Numbered from the whole stretch's first letter, positions 11,991 through 24,590 are shown. The stretch is DNA of 59,859 nt, filler included, from Sphacelaria rigidula (GCA_964200075.2; 8 parts of 8 records of this genome joined end to end with filler, not necessarily neighbours in it), one strand, 5' to 3'. Notes: generated by a model from the letters alone, not told the origin. Translations and numbers: made by a program.

Positions 11991-12949
11991 AGGTCTTCTT
12001 GTTTCCGCTACAGAGCGGCACAGTCAACACGACAGAAGATGGAAAGTGCAGAAAAAGACAGACAGTACGGAAACAGATAGGCAGTACAGTACAGGAATGG
12101 ACTGGAGCAGTTGGTACCGACAGTCAGTAATTTGCCCTATCCTAGAAACGCACGTAAATTGCCGTTGCTCCTGAATTACCAAATGGATTTGCTTCATACA
12201 AATCCTGGTAACACCAGCTGGGCACGGGCAAGACTTCAAGCTGTCTTGCGAGGGCTGCGGACACCTCCGCGTGTCGTATGTTTTGTGAGCATACTACCTA
12301 ACGACACACATTACTTTCTGTTTTCCCCTCACCCACAAACACAACCAAACCTCATCGAACCCAGTGAGTGAGTACCCCGCTACACGATTGCTAGGGATGA
12401 CACTACTTGAGCAAAGCTAGTCTCGGATCGACACGGACCCTCGGTTGTAGAGCTATCACCTTTTCACCAAGAGAACGTTCCGGTAATTGTCCGAAGTTGT
12501 GTGGAACGATCCCTCCAAAACAACCAGATCTTTCTTTCGCCGCACTCACCAAACGGGGGGGAAAGTCTCCATTCGGATTACAGTACAAGTTTTGAACTGA
12601 TGTATGCGATTCACAAGATTTATGTGGATGCCCCATGTCCCTCAAACGTCCAGGCACATCACGATACGGTTCGTTCGAATTCTGAGGGCATTTTCCCGTG
12701 GTTCCTGCTAACTTACCACCATCAAATATGTCCCTGGGAAAATACCACTTGGTCAGGGTGTCCCAAGATCTTCGCCGGTTCCCCGTTCTTGCATGTACAG
12801 CACCGTGAAAAAATACCCAGAGGCAAAAATCTTTTACTTTTCGTGTTATAAGGACCGCAGCACGGGTGGAATGATATTGTTTGATAACACCGCAGCGTGC
12901 TCATCAGCGCTGTACTGACGACCACGAAGATAAGCACTAGCAATGAAAA

Positions 12950-13605
12950 ATCAAGGGTCTACACGTTACAATCTTCACGTTTACGTTTCCCGTCTAAAGT
13001 CGTCAAAAGTCATCAAACGTTAAGCCAGGCTAGTACTGCGGTGGGGGACCACGTGGGGAGCCGTGATTTGACTCGACTTTTGAACAGGGATATCCCCACG
13101 TGGTCCCCATCCCCCACCGTAGTACTAGCCAGACCCAACTAGCCAGGCCTAACTAGCCAGTCCTAACTAGCGGGGCTTAACTTTTGACGTGAAACGTGAC
13201 GCGACGTGACACGTAACGAGTGGAACGTGTATGTAGTTAGACCCTTGTGACAAATAGTATGCGGCTGCTGCAGAAAGGGAAAAAATGAACAGCACCAGGG
13301 CTTTCCACATGGTCCCCCACCGTAGTACTAGCCTGGCCCGACGCCGCTTAACTTATCAGAACGGAAGATAGTGGGGCTGCATAACTAGCCAGGTCTACCT
13401 AGCCAAGTCTACCTAGCCAGGCTTGACTTTTGACATAAAACGTGACACGACGTGACACGTAGCGAGTGCAACGTGTACGTAGTAGATAGACCCTTGTGAA
13501 AATGGTACGCGGCTGTGACAGAAAGGACAAAAAAGGAACATCACCAGGTCATCCCGCGTGGTCGCCCACCATGGGATTAGCCTGGCCCGATGCCGCTTGG
13601 CTACG
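12950..13605. repeat. Cluster of 5S-rRNA-derived composite repeats (two tandem units of about 250 bp on the minus strand plus an inverted copy)
   Basis: Four fragments with ggctagtactacggtgggggaccacgtggg-like sequence; linked segment caagggtcta..cacgtt..aaaagttaagcc and 13-bp ggcctggctagtta-type repeats. Confidence 0.8.
13287..13376 (-). pseudogene. 5'-truncated 5S rRNA pseudogene
   Basis: aagttaagcggcgtcgggccaggctagtactacggtgggggaccatgtggaaagccctggtgctgttc followed by a T run: Box A to 3' end of eukaryotic 5S; first about 25 nt absent. Confidence 0.85.
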
Positions 13606-14329
13606 CAATGTAGACACGACGTGATGCAATCGACGTGGAATGGACGCTTGTCGCGACGATGCACATTTCTCCCTTATTATAAGCGGGTACTTACCAAACT
13701 AACAGGTGAACTACATGCAGCGATAACCCCTGTCTCCTGTTCTCGTTCCTCAAATGCGCTGCGGGTTCAGAGAAATTTCGCGAACCACCACTGAAAACAT
13801 GCGGCAAGAATCACGGAACAACCGCACACGACAACAACCCCCCATCCCCCTCGCACCCGCCATTCGAAGCCGTTCACGCCTTGGTCACGAGATACCCTGT
13901 CCTCGATGCCACACTCCATAGCCCAGGTCGTCCCTCCTGATCAATGAAAGCGCGGGTTGCTTCGGTATCCATCGGCCAAGGACTGGAATACACTTGTCTG
14001 TTTACAGTGCCGCCAGCACACGTACAAGGCTTTCTCTGGCGAGATTTCATCCAGCATATTCAACAGCTGCGGCAACGCACGTTGGCGCCATTCTTGATGC
14101 AGACATTCCCTTCGTCTATCCCCTGCGCAGACCGACCGTAGCGTCGGAAACGTGCGCTTAAACAGCAGCACTACTCTCGACGTCATGTTGCGTACTACAC
14201 TTGCCGAGCAACCTGTCACGGCTTGATCGAAAGCTCGGAACTAGGGGTTCGCTGCCGAGACGACGAGCAGTGCATGTCTCCCACGGATATGCTGGCCGTT
14301 TTTTTATCGAAGTGGGAATCGAAGGTTTC

Positions 14330-14591
14330 AAGGCTGTGTTATGTAGGGTATGGGTATGTTCGGTGGGACAGATTTCTTACATAACTTACAGAACCATCGG
14401 CTACCAATATGAAAATATTGCAGAATTTACAGAACTGTCGGGTAGGGGTACGACAGTCCCACAGACGTCGCAAAACTGTCGAGTACCGGTATCAAAGTCT
14501 TCAGGAAGTTGAAGAACTGTCGGGTACGGGTGATACCCGGTGAAATGTACACCGGATATACAAAAAACCGAACCCTACAGAGCACAACCTT
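14330..14591. mobile_element. TIR element (MITE) with internal acagaact/cgggta repeats
   Basis: aaggctgtgttatgtagggt pairs with accctacagagcacaacctt. Confidence 0.75.
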
Positions 14592-14890
14592 AGACACGAC
14601 CACCATCAACGTGGATGGCCTGTCCCTTGCTACTTGATCCCCTTGTGGCGCAGACGAACCGCCCCCACTCAAACCACTACTCGAGTCTGGGGGGTGATCC
14701 ATCCTGATGGCCTACATTGCTGCTCATGTTTTGTATTTCTACTCAGCGGTACCCCGTCACTCGTCAGTGTACGACACTTGAAAAATTGACTGTTTGTGGG
14801 TGTGCGGTGTTGAGGGAACGAGGGTGTGTACTCATGATCATGCATGCCATAGTCATCAGACCATTGACCTCGCATCCCTAAAAAGCCGGG

Positions 14891-14990
14891 NNNNNNNNNN
14901 NNNNNNNNNNNNNNNNNNNNNNNNNNNNNNNNNNTTAATTAATTAANNNNNNNNNNNNNNNNNNNNNNNNNNNNNNNNNNNNNNNNNNNN
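14891..14990. other. Artificial assembly spacer
   Basis: Identical N44-TTAATTAATTAA-N44 spacer. Confidence 0.99.
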
Positions 14991-15060
14991 CGGGAATCGA
15001 ACCCCCGTTCTCTCCACCCTGATGGCGACAGTCAGACCATTACACCACCGGGGCGCGGCG
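14991..15060 (-). mobile_element. tRNA-derived SINE family 2 head
   Basis: ccgccgcgccccggTGGTGTAATGGtctgac...GGTTCGATTCCcg with A and B boxes; cut by contig edge. Confidence 0.75.
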
Positions 15061-15446
15061 GCAAGGAAGAAATATTTGTCATGTTATCGCACCACACCCT
15101 CTGGCAAATCGATAACGATCGATAGACCTGCAGCAGCAGCAGTTTTTCCCGTGCAACGTTCCTAACGCCTTGCGTAAGTATACCATGTTCAGAACCACTT
15201 GCCGAGAAAATGCCTCATGGATCTAGCTACAAATGAATGATTTTCGGTAAGGGTGTACGTTTTCGTCCGAAGGGTTGCTGAGGCTGCATGTTACGGCCCA
15301 GATGTTTGTCATCGACAGGCTCCCAAAGCGCAAAGCCTCAGAAACCTATTGTGCACACCTACCGTAGAATCATTCACATACATCCAGCGTGAGGATCCCT
15401 CGCTGTACCGTTTCTAGCATGCCCTAAAAAATACCATACGGCTCAC

Positions 15447-15644
15447 ATCCACACCCTTCTCCAAATCGACCGTGATAGGAAGATGTCCAGTGGCGGCAGT
15501 TCCCGTGAAAGACTTGGGATCGAAGAGTCTCCGAACCACCGGAGGGGTGTCACCACCACATCCCCTGCTTCTCAGCACCCCGCCAGCCACCCCGTCCCAA
15601 TAACTCGGGGCGTGACTCAAGGCATCATCACCTTCCACTCCCAC
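15447..15644 (-). CDS. Candidate internal exon, unknown protein
   Basis: Pyrimidine-rich tract..gtcag|198 nt open, phase 0-0 (VGVEGDDALSHAPSYWDG..LEKGVD)|gtgagc. Confidence 0.45.
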
Positions 15645-18146
15645 CTGACTCGTCGAGCGATAGAGCGGGGGACACAAAAAGCACAATATGATACTATCCA
15701 TATATTATTCTAAGATCGAGTAAGATGCGAGTTCCAACAATGTTTCCCAATGGGCAGTCACGTGGGACATTTCAACCGGGAAGTGATGCTGTCGAATCCC
15801 CGAAAAAAGTAAGTCCACGGCGTGGAGGGTATTACAGGAGAGACGCCACGGAGCTACTTGGTCCGGGATCACCCCGTGATGGTGCTACAACGTCCCGGGT
15901 GTCGCTTCACAACGCCCTGAATAATTTGGTACGTCTTGAATCGGTAATTCTCTAAAAGGTATTACTAGGAACTCAGGTTTGTACAATTTTGATGGGAAAA
16001 GCACAGCTTTAAAAAGCGCAGAAAGGAGCGATGCAAATACAGAAGATGCGCCCTTGAAAGGTAGTACAGCTGGGAAACCCTGCTTCCTTCACATCTTCCA
16101 GCAGGAGGATGGATCAGCAAGGTGAGCGATGAGGGGGAAAGTTATGCGTTTTGCATGGAGGGAGAAAGGGTTATGCTGTCAAATTACGGACCATACGACA
16201 ACACCCCCATCTATCATTGAATGGTTCTTTCGCCATATTTGGGTTGAAATGTTGCTTGTATCACAGCGCTAACCAAGCAGTGCTGGTTGATTCGCTCAGT
16301 CATATCTGCGGTATCTTAACAAGAGCCAATCCTGGGGTCCTTCAGGTTGTAACGTCGTCGGGCGCGGGAGTAAGCCCAATCTATAATCAGCACTGCTTTT
16401 GCTGAAACCCTCCTACTTTAGTATAAGCAGGATATCTGAAGTAGAGGGATGCTTGCTCGCCGTTTTCGGTCGAGGACCCCGGTACCTGTTTCATCTATTT
16501 CCTGAAAAAGGACTACTCAAAAAAAGGAATCGTCGGGAGAATTGAACCTCGGGACTCGCTCCCGGTAGCAGTCCTCTTCAGGAGAAAGGATGCAGCGGCA
16601 CTTGATCAAAGCAACGGTGAGTATGCATTCCTCTCGGTAAGGAAAAGCACAAAAAATCCTCCTGTACTCTACCACCTGTGCAAGAGCAGCGCTGAAAACA
16701 GGGACAAAACCGTGGGGGTCAACTCCCGGGTCTAATGGCTTGGCACGTAACAGCCTCGAGAACCCCGGCATTAGATGTTATGGAGGTATCATAGATATCA
16801 CTAAACCACTCAGTCAGCGCTGACTGCTTAGCACAGTGGTATCTGCGGTATCTCATCAATTTGATGCACGCCCTACATCATTAAACGAATTCGTTTTTCA
16901 TTATGTGCTTTTGGACTACCTCTCAATGCTCCTATAATGCCGACAATCAACAGCTTGCATGAGAGGCTCACGAGCTCTTCTCGCAGACACACTTTCGGGA
17001 TACATGCCGCCTTTTCTGCTGAGGGAAGTGGAAAAATTGATTCGTAGCACCCTCCCCGAGAATATTATCGCCTTCGCCCCCCACCCGGGTTTCTCAAACA
17101 CCCCACGAAACCGTGCTGGAAGGTACCATGCGCTGCTTTTTCGATACCCTTCCTCCCCCACCCCCCCCGTCGATCATTGTTTGAAGTACTCACCTCTCCA
17201 TCACCGCATGATTTCCTATACGTCCCGCAATCTCCTCGTGGAAAACGACTCATGCTGACAACTCCATCAGCTCGAACCTGCAATGATCCGCCACCATGGA
17301 GGTGAGCCCCTCCGCAAATATTCGCCATTTTCACTGTCGTCTTCGTCTTACAAGCAGATCTCCCACTACTGTTATTGGATAAAGCGAGCAACGCCTTTGA
17401 GCAAGGCTTTTCGCCGTTGTCGCGTATCCTCCTTTTGCTTCGACTTCCCGTTATTGATTTCACACTCTTGCGTCTTCGACGATGCGCTGCCGCAGATGAT
17501 GTTCTTGACTTATTATCGCCGGTGTCGCCGGTCGGTGTTGTGTCTCCGTTGCCGTCATCATCGCAAGGCAATCGGCTCGTGGATGGTCTTCGTCTGAATT
17601 CTTTTTGCTTGGTGGTGTCGCTGTCGTGACAGGCATAATCTTCGTAGGTGTCCCTCATGTGAGTTGCGCAGTTCCGCTGCCGCCTCTGCTGCAACCGTTG
17701 GGAGGAAATAGCGCCGAGCGGAAGCGGGCAAACTTCGGCATTGTGACAGTGCGCGAAATTACATGCAAGCTAATAGAGACTATAATATCATTTGACTGCC
17801 CGGAGATGAACAGTGGTCGTAGTGCTGAAGGGGTCGTCGGGCGGTGCATTGGTGCAGCACAAGAAGCTTCGTCTCGTCATAATGGAGGGGCACGGCCTTG
17901 TTGAACAGCACATACTGTTTTAATTAGAAACGCCAACCCTTTGATGGGTCGTGGCGTGAAGGGTCGGGTAGGAGCCTGTACCAGGAAAATAAAGCACGCC
18001 ACCATCTTGTCAATTTCGAAGCTCTGGTGTCTCCTGATGACCGGGAAAAGGAGCAACTGGCTAGACCGGTACGCTGAATAGAAATATCGGACATAAACCT
18101 TCCCCCGCGTCGTCGAAATTCCCATTACACTCTACAGCCCGCTCAC

Positions 18147-18299
18147 CAGCTCTGCATCATCTCTACGCTTGGTCCCGGGGAATAGATCTGCCAGTTTGGT
18201 TTTGCGCTGCTGAAGTCGGGATCGTCGATATCGATCATCTCCCAACAATGGCACATGCCTTTCGCACCTCGCCATTCGTCGAGATCTGGTGGTACCCCC
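18147..18299 (-). CDS. Candidate exon C of an unknown spliced gene
   Basis: ttttcccccccag|153 nt GVPPDLDEWRGAKGMCHCWEMIDIDDPDF..|gtgagc; in phase with exon B. Confidence 0.45.
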
Positions 18300-18781
18300 C
18301 TGGGGGGGAAAACGCCGAGAACGAATCTGTCTCACGCTTGGAAAAAGGAATCGGGCGACTGAACACACTTGGAAATTGAGAGAAAGTTAAAGTCCAACGC
18401 ATCAGATCAGGCTCCAGCGAGTCATGTGTCGTGCTCGTGTGCGGGAAATCCGGACCAAAACGTTCAGTACTGAAACCCCACGTTTTGTACATCCCATGTA
18501 ATCCGAACCAGAACATGTTCCACCCGTTCCTAGCCTGGGCGTTGTGTCAGCATTATCCACTCGTGTGAACAGAACTCGCTTCCCCACCTCTGAAAACTCG
18601 CAGCCGAATCTCCCCTTTTACTGTAGCCAGATACATCAACCCCCACCCTATGGTGCTGAGCTTGTTATGTGTTCTTTGCTAATCCTATGACTACCCCTCG
18701 ACCGAGTAATGTGCCAAAAAAGAGCTATCTATTCTGGCCATTTAACACAACTTACCCAGTGTCCATCTTTTTTTGTTTTAC

Positions 18782-18938
18782 GGTAGTCTTCGAGTCCTGT
18801 TTCGGTGATCATCACCGCTAGAGGTTCCGAGACGCGTATGGGTGGACAACACATTCCGAGCATCGCTGCACTTTTCCCGCCTAGCTCCACCGGAAGCGCG
18901 GTGCTGGAAACAGCAGCTGCCTTGGCCGCTCTCATGTG
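18782..18938 (-). CDS. Candidate exon B of an unknown spliced gene
   Basis: tttctcgcag|157 nt HESGQGSCCFQHRASGG..GDDHRNRTRRL|gtaaaa; phases fit exons A and C. Confidence 0.4.
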
Positions 18939-20268
18939 CTGCGAGAAACACACGACGTTGTTTTGAGCTGAAATATTTCGCGAAATCCAACGTCTATAGT
19001 TTGTGCTGGTGAACATTGGTGTCTCGGCTTCACAAGCCTGTTTGCTTGGTTTTAGTTTGTGAGTCCCGGGCTCGTTCACACTCTTGGCGCTTGCGTAGTT
19101 TGCCTTTTGTCACGTTCTCGACGTTACGCCTATTTTTCTGATCTCTCGACTTGGTGCATACACGTCGTAACAACAGCGAACTCGCCGTTGGCTGAACATC
19201 AGACTCTCGTTCAACGATTTGCTACAAAAAACCGACGCTCAGTGTGGCCAAGCAAAGATTGCGGGGCTGTGATTGTCTACACATGTTTCGACTTGTGGAC
19301 AGTGTGGAAATAAATGTTGTTCTCGCAGTGGCGCGCCGGTTGCTTCGGGCCAGCTGAAGCCGACACCCGCGCTTGCACAAAAGACGAACACCAGAATATG
19401 AACGTGCTCTGGGGACCATGTTAACATTATATACACATGGTTCTGCTTCCTTGAGTGTTGAGGGGACACAAAATAAGAAGCACGACTCGATAAGTGCCAC
19501 ATACCATGGACACGTGCATTCTTATGGCGCCCTGTTTTGACAAGAACTACAGAAGCGGATCGCATAGGAGGTCGACGACCTCTACTGCAAGAGGAGCGTA
19601 ACTTGTCTGAAAGCAAGACTTGAACAATGGACCACGTTCGACATTCCACTTTCCGGCGAGTCCCGTGCTGTATCGTCGGTCCTTTCAAGAAAACAGGAGG
19701 AATCACATATACACAACGGGACTTAAACATGAAACAACGCAACGCATAAGGCAACTGGCACGCTAGATACCTCGTGGATAAATCTTGATTTTGCGTCGTT
19801 CGCCGATTTGAAGAGGCCTAGTCTCACCAGGCTGAAGCGGGGGCAACGTGGAAAATCGGGCACGCACGTAATTTCCACGAGGGACTGTAAAGCTCCGTAT
19901 CTCGTCTGTATAGAGGAAGCACCTACATTTGTCGAAACATGTCTAACGTTTTCCCACATCATCTGTTGGAATTTCCTACCTGCTGTATCAGCATACGCGG
20001 CCCGCCCTAATACAATTAGTCATATTCTGTCCCTAACGGTACCTTTCGTTGCGTTGAAGAATAACGCGCACGATACATTACGTGTTGAAGGCGTCCCTCA
20101 AGTACACGTCGATAGATAAATGTCGACGAGAGCTGAACGACATTCGGATCGGCAGCATGGTCGTTAGGGATTTAGAGAGTTCGAGGTTGAGAATACCACA
20201 AGCATGATATACACGGCCACATACGGCATCCCTATCGGACATGTGATTCACATAGTGTTTCTCTGTAC

Positions 20269-20429
20269 CTTGGAAGACTTGATGCTGTGGCCGCCAGTCG
20301 CATGTTATTCCATCCTTGCTCTCGACATAGAGGTGCCGGCAGAATTCCGGCGAGCTTCCGTACCCCCAAACTTTCGTCGACCATTTGAGGCCCGAGCTGA
20401 AGATCCTGGCGGCAAGACAATGCAGGCAC
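20269..20429 (-). CDS. Candidate exon A of an unknown spliced gene
   Basis: acagcag|161 nt CLHCLAARIFSSGLKW..HQVFQ|gtacag. Confidence 0.4.
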
Positions 20430-20694
20430 CTGCTGTCTGCAGGGTCCTCCCGCCAATTTCACCCTCCTAACGACACGGACTGAACAAAACCGAGAAGGCG
20501 ATACATGCAAGTTGAACATATGTCGGAGTACCATCAGAGGGTAGCTGAACGGCAATGGTGTTTCAAGCTTCGGCGTGACCTCTACAATCAATGTATCGCA
20601 ACCAAATTTTGGCTCCGGACCACTATATCGGCAGACGACATGAAGAGGACCAGCTTTAGGGCCCATACGTCCCAAGTTTAGTTGCGCAGGAGTG

Positions 20695-20945
20695 ATGCTG
20701 TGGAGGTAATTGGGCCATTTTTATCACGAAATATCACTTCAAATCGTCATTGGAAGCAATAGCGCTTGTTTTAACGCGCAACTTGTCAACAATAAGAACA
20801 CTTTGTCATACCACTTGGCACCTTTTAGAGCCAAATACAGATACACTGGGAGTAGTTAGGTCGTCTAGTACACCTTTGAGCCCCTGGTTTTTATGGAATC
20901 AAACACCCCGCTCCCCCCCCCCCCCTCCCACCGTAGCATCACTTT
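20695..20945. mobile_element. MITE family D (G/C-run TIRs), degenerate copy
   Basis: ttgggccatttttatcacgaaat..tcaaatcgtc..ccaaataca..poly-C-accgtagcatc aligns with 51938-52185. Confidence 0.65.
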
Positions 20946-22311
20946 CCCGGAGTCGCCAGAGCGTAACATCCACTGGGATGAATAATACTTGCAAGTTAGC
21001 GGAGTAGCATTCATCAGTGAAGATGAGTTTTACGTTTAAACCACAGACGCCGAAGCGAAAGTCGTTTCGAAAGCGACTCCTTCAAAATCTGCAGCGGCAA
21101 CACCACGGACAATTGTACCGGTAAAAAGATCTGGTCCGGATCTTTCATTGGTGGATAGGAGGTCACAGGAGTTCAGGGCTTTCTTCCCGGGGAAGCCGAG
21201 TTGAGCACGCTATCACTAGAAGGAGATATGCATCGTTTCCTGCGGTGATGGTACAACAGCTAACCAACCGGTGTTCTATCTGCAGAAAAGGAGGGAAAGA
21301 AATCTCTCGACAACATATCAAGTCGTGATCGATGGAGAAGCTGGTGCCCAATCGTGGAACACCGGGCCGCCCAGGCGCTAGGCGAGAACATGGACCCCTC
21401 CGTGTCTACCCTCGAACAAAAGCCTCGACATGCAATATCGTACAACTTGCAATACGCATCGCACAATCCCCCACATCTCGCCACTCGGAAAGCTGTAAAT
21501 TGCGCAGGACAGGGCAGGGGGAATTCCACTTTGCGACTTGAGGCGCTCACTCAGCGGCATATTCCGTGGTGAGAGTCGCTGACACAGCTCCAGCTTTCCT
21601 GATAATATGTTTCAAGTGAGACACTGAGCCTGGTTTGAGCCTGGTATTCCTGTACTTTCATTGGGATCGGGTTGTACTCGGAGGGCTTGTAATAGCGTGA
21701 CCACGAGTAAACTGATCGTAAAGTAAGCGGTTGGCAAGCTGCACCGGATAATGACACACTCCTCTGTTGCCATCCTCACCTGAACGCGCTCTGCAGTATC
21801 CTCCGGGAATGCTACATAAATATTTTCTCCCCATCTAAGAGGGCAATAGCCCAAGCCCACCTTGCTGTTCACGTTCCGTGCGCAGGAGTTGGCGGTTAGC
21901 CTTCAATGTCTAATGGTTTCCTTGCGGGTCTACGCTTCCTGTGCAAATCCCAGACGCTGGATGCTGGACAGTATCCAAGGGCACGGTCTATTTCATGAAC
22001 AACACTGTCCAACCCCCCGCACGTGTCACGGAATTGACTGATGGCGGGTCGTCGTCAATAATGGAGCAACTCGAATGCGGTCTGATTTCTTGCTGCAAGC
22101 GCACTTCAGGTGTGAAGGTATCACGGTATTGCACCACAGTAATTTGTAGGGCTCGTATCACATGATCACATAACATGAGAACAACGGGCATAATGGCGAA
22201 TCGCAACCTATTGCCCCGCAACTCGGTCATACCGACAACCGACAACCAGCGGACGTAGGACATTGTCTTGCGAAGCCTTCGGAGACTTTTGTACCGCAGG
22301 AACTCGTGCAC

Positions 22312-22385
22312 TGTGTTGTGTTCTTGTCCCATTTATTCTGGGCGCCAGTGTACCCCTTTCGGGATATGTGGGCGCATCAGCCGGG
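22312..22385 (-). mobile_element. SINE family 1, 3' end
   Basis: tcccatttattctgggcgccagt..tatgtgggcgcatcagccggg matches 31725-31885 and 46020-46374. Confidence 0.8.
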
Positions 22386-22485
22386 NNNNNNNNNNNNNNN
22401 NNNNNNNNNNNNNNNNNNNNNNNNNNNNNTTAATTAATTAANNNNNNNNNNNNNNNNNNNNNNNNNNNNNNNNNNNNNNNNNNNN
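22386..22485. other. Artificial assembly spacer
   Basis: Identical N44-TTAATTAATTAA-N44 spacer. Confidence 0.99.
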
Positions 22486-23114
22486 GAGGGGGGGGGGGGG
22501 GTTGACAAGGGGTGGGGGCCTGCTCGCGTAATAGCCTGAACGCTCATCATCCAGTCGACCACGTGTGTTTTGGAAGTTTCTCACGGAAAGGTGTTAAACA
22601 GCAGGGTGAGGCACAAGGGCAGCGGAGTGATCATTCTGGCCGATCACGGCTATCAAAATTGCCATTGTGTTTCCCTACAGGTGAACTATAGGTGACGCTC
22701 TTCCCTGTTTAGCCGGATTTCTCATTTCGGCACTGAGAATTACACCATAGAGCACATGGACACAAACGATGTGCTTATACTCTGCTCGTGGTCTATGCCG
22801 CCTGTGTGGCTCCTCATGTGTGGCCAACATAGCTCCACACTGCCTATAGTATTGTTGTGGAATACTAAACAGCGAAATCAGCAGAGTGCAGTACTCTGTG
22901 TTCAGTGGAGAGCGATGACACTCTGACCCTTTCTTGTTGTATCCAGCGAAGACATATCGCACACAGGGCCTACATTTGCACTTTTCTTTTCGATCGAAAA
23001 AATGGGGCGGTGGAATCGGTTTTTGTGAAATGTTTTCGTTTTGATGCAGTTGGGTCGAGATGAATTTTCAGGCTTTCGATAAAGAAAATACAGTGAAATC
23101 CGTGAAACGGCACA

Positions 23115-23710
23115 TGGTCACTTGTGTACAGTGCAGAAGTCTGTACTGTCTGCACTGCTTGCAAGCAGGGAGTCTTGAGTGCGTGTGTGTAATAAGGATG
23201 AGGTATGGACCAGTTCCACACACCTTCCTTGATAGATCAATGTGCTGCAGGCTTGGTAAGGTGCACAAAGTCCAAGGTGTCCGGGAAGAACAAGCTCCAG
23301 ATATATGATTCACACACACAGGTTCTCGTGTCTGTTGATCAACAGTAGCAAATGAACAAAGGAACTCGAAGGCTTGATATTTTGTAATTCTCACTTGTTA
23401 TTCTCTTGCTCGCCTAGCGTCCTGTTCTCACCAAAGGTAAGCAGTAGGAGCAGAATGGTCCAGCTCGGAGGGCAGCTCAAGAGTGAGCAAGGGTGCATGC
23501 GATACATGCAACGCAACCTATCTGAACTCGGCCCGAGAAGGCGTTTTACCTTCTCGGGGCTAGGGTACACCCGTCTGCACACAGTCTGCACACTAACCTT
23601 CCCCAGAGCCACGGGAGTATTCCTATGGACAGATCGAAATGATCTCTGAGCCAACCTGCTCCCAAATTGTCTGTAGGAACAAATAACGCTTCTCTATCTT
23701 CCTCATGACA
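23115..23710 (-). repeat. Putative 3' LTR of the contig-4 Gypsy element
   Basis: Begins TGTCATGA right after G-rich ctgggtgggtgag; same junction at 30335-30362; distal end approximate. Confidence 0.6.
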
Positions 23711-24311
23711 CTCACCCACCCAGACGAACCTCAATTTGAGTTGCGATGAAATCTCAAGAGCAACTAAAATTGAGGCTTGTCTCACCCATCAAATCATGAG
23801 GAGACAACGCGAAAAAAAAACAAGAGGGCAATGACCAGCCCGTGCCCGATCCTTCCACACCTCAAACAAGAAAAACCAAAGGTGCCTCAAAAAGCGCAAT
23901 TACGCAATTGCGGTTGACTGCGCAATAGCACACAATGCTGCTGAGAGCTAGCGAATAGACGTGAAAAGCACACAGTGCTTCGACGCGCTAGCTAGATAAA
24001 AGAAACAAAGGAAAACCTCGCAGAGGACACAGTGGTAATCTCAAGCAGGAAAACAAAAACTCAAGGACCCGAATTAGGTCGAGTGCCAGCCAGACAAAGT
24101 GGTGGCAGCGTAGGGGCCAATGGAAGGGGGCGAAGGGGGTTCAGAGGAAGTCGTCGAAGGGGCCGATGAGGGCAGAGATAAGCCGCGAGAGGGGAGCATC
24201 GTAGGTGAAGCAGTGAAGAGGAGAGCGTACCTGAGTGGGAACAAGGGAAGTACCAGAACCAAACTGGGAGGAGAGAGGACAATCGCGATAATGGGAGTGC
24301 AAAGATAGAAC

Positions 24312-24590
24312 TCAAGATGATGCATTGATGTCGTGTGTACGATCGATATTGCGTTGAAGGCCGCGGCGTAAGCCGTGTGACTTCAAGCGTTGTAGGCACC
24401 AAGAACCGCGGGGTGCGGAGGGGCTGGTCGTGTATAAATCGGGGCGAAGCTTGAGCTAAACGGGCCCAGGGTCGTCGAGGAAACGCACGATGTACGTGTC
24501 GGCCGCGAGGACATCGACGGAGTGGATCTGACCTCACCACTAGAGGTAATCGTTGCCCTTTTATCACAAATAGGCACCTTTAGGGAGCGG
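24312..24590 (-). pseudogene. Tudor/PWWP-like module at the integrase C-terminus (stop-interrupted)
   Basis: In frame after ORF 24564-25052: GAYL**KGNDYL*W*GQIHSVDVLAADTYIVRFLDDPGPV*LKL..WCLQR. Confidence 0.5.

Noticed and set aside
13287..13376. Functional 5S rRNA gene
   Set aside because: 5' end missing and substitutions present
13941..14125. Thioredoxin-like exon (YVCWRHCKQTSVFQSLAD) as partner of the GLRX3 exon
   Set aside because: Frame ends in a stop without a suitable donor and the resemblance is weak
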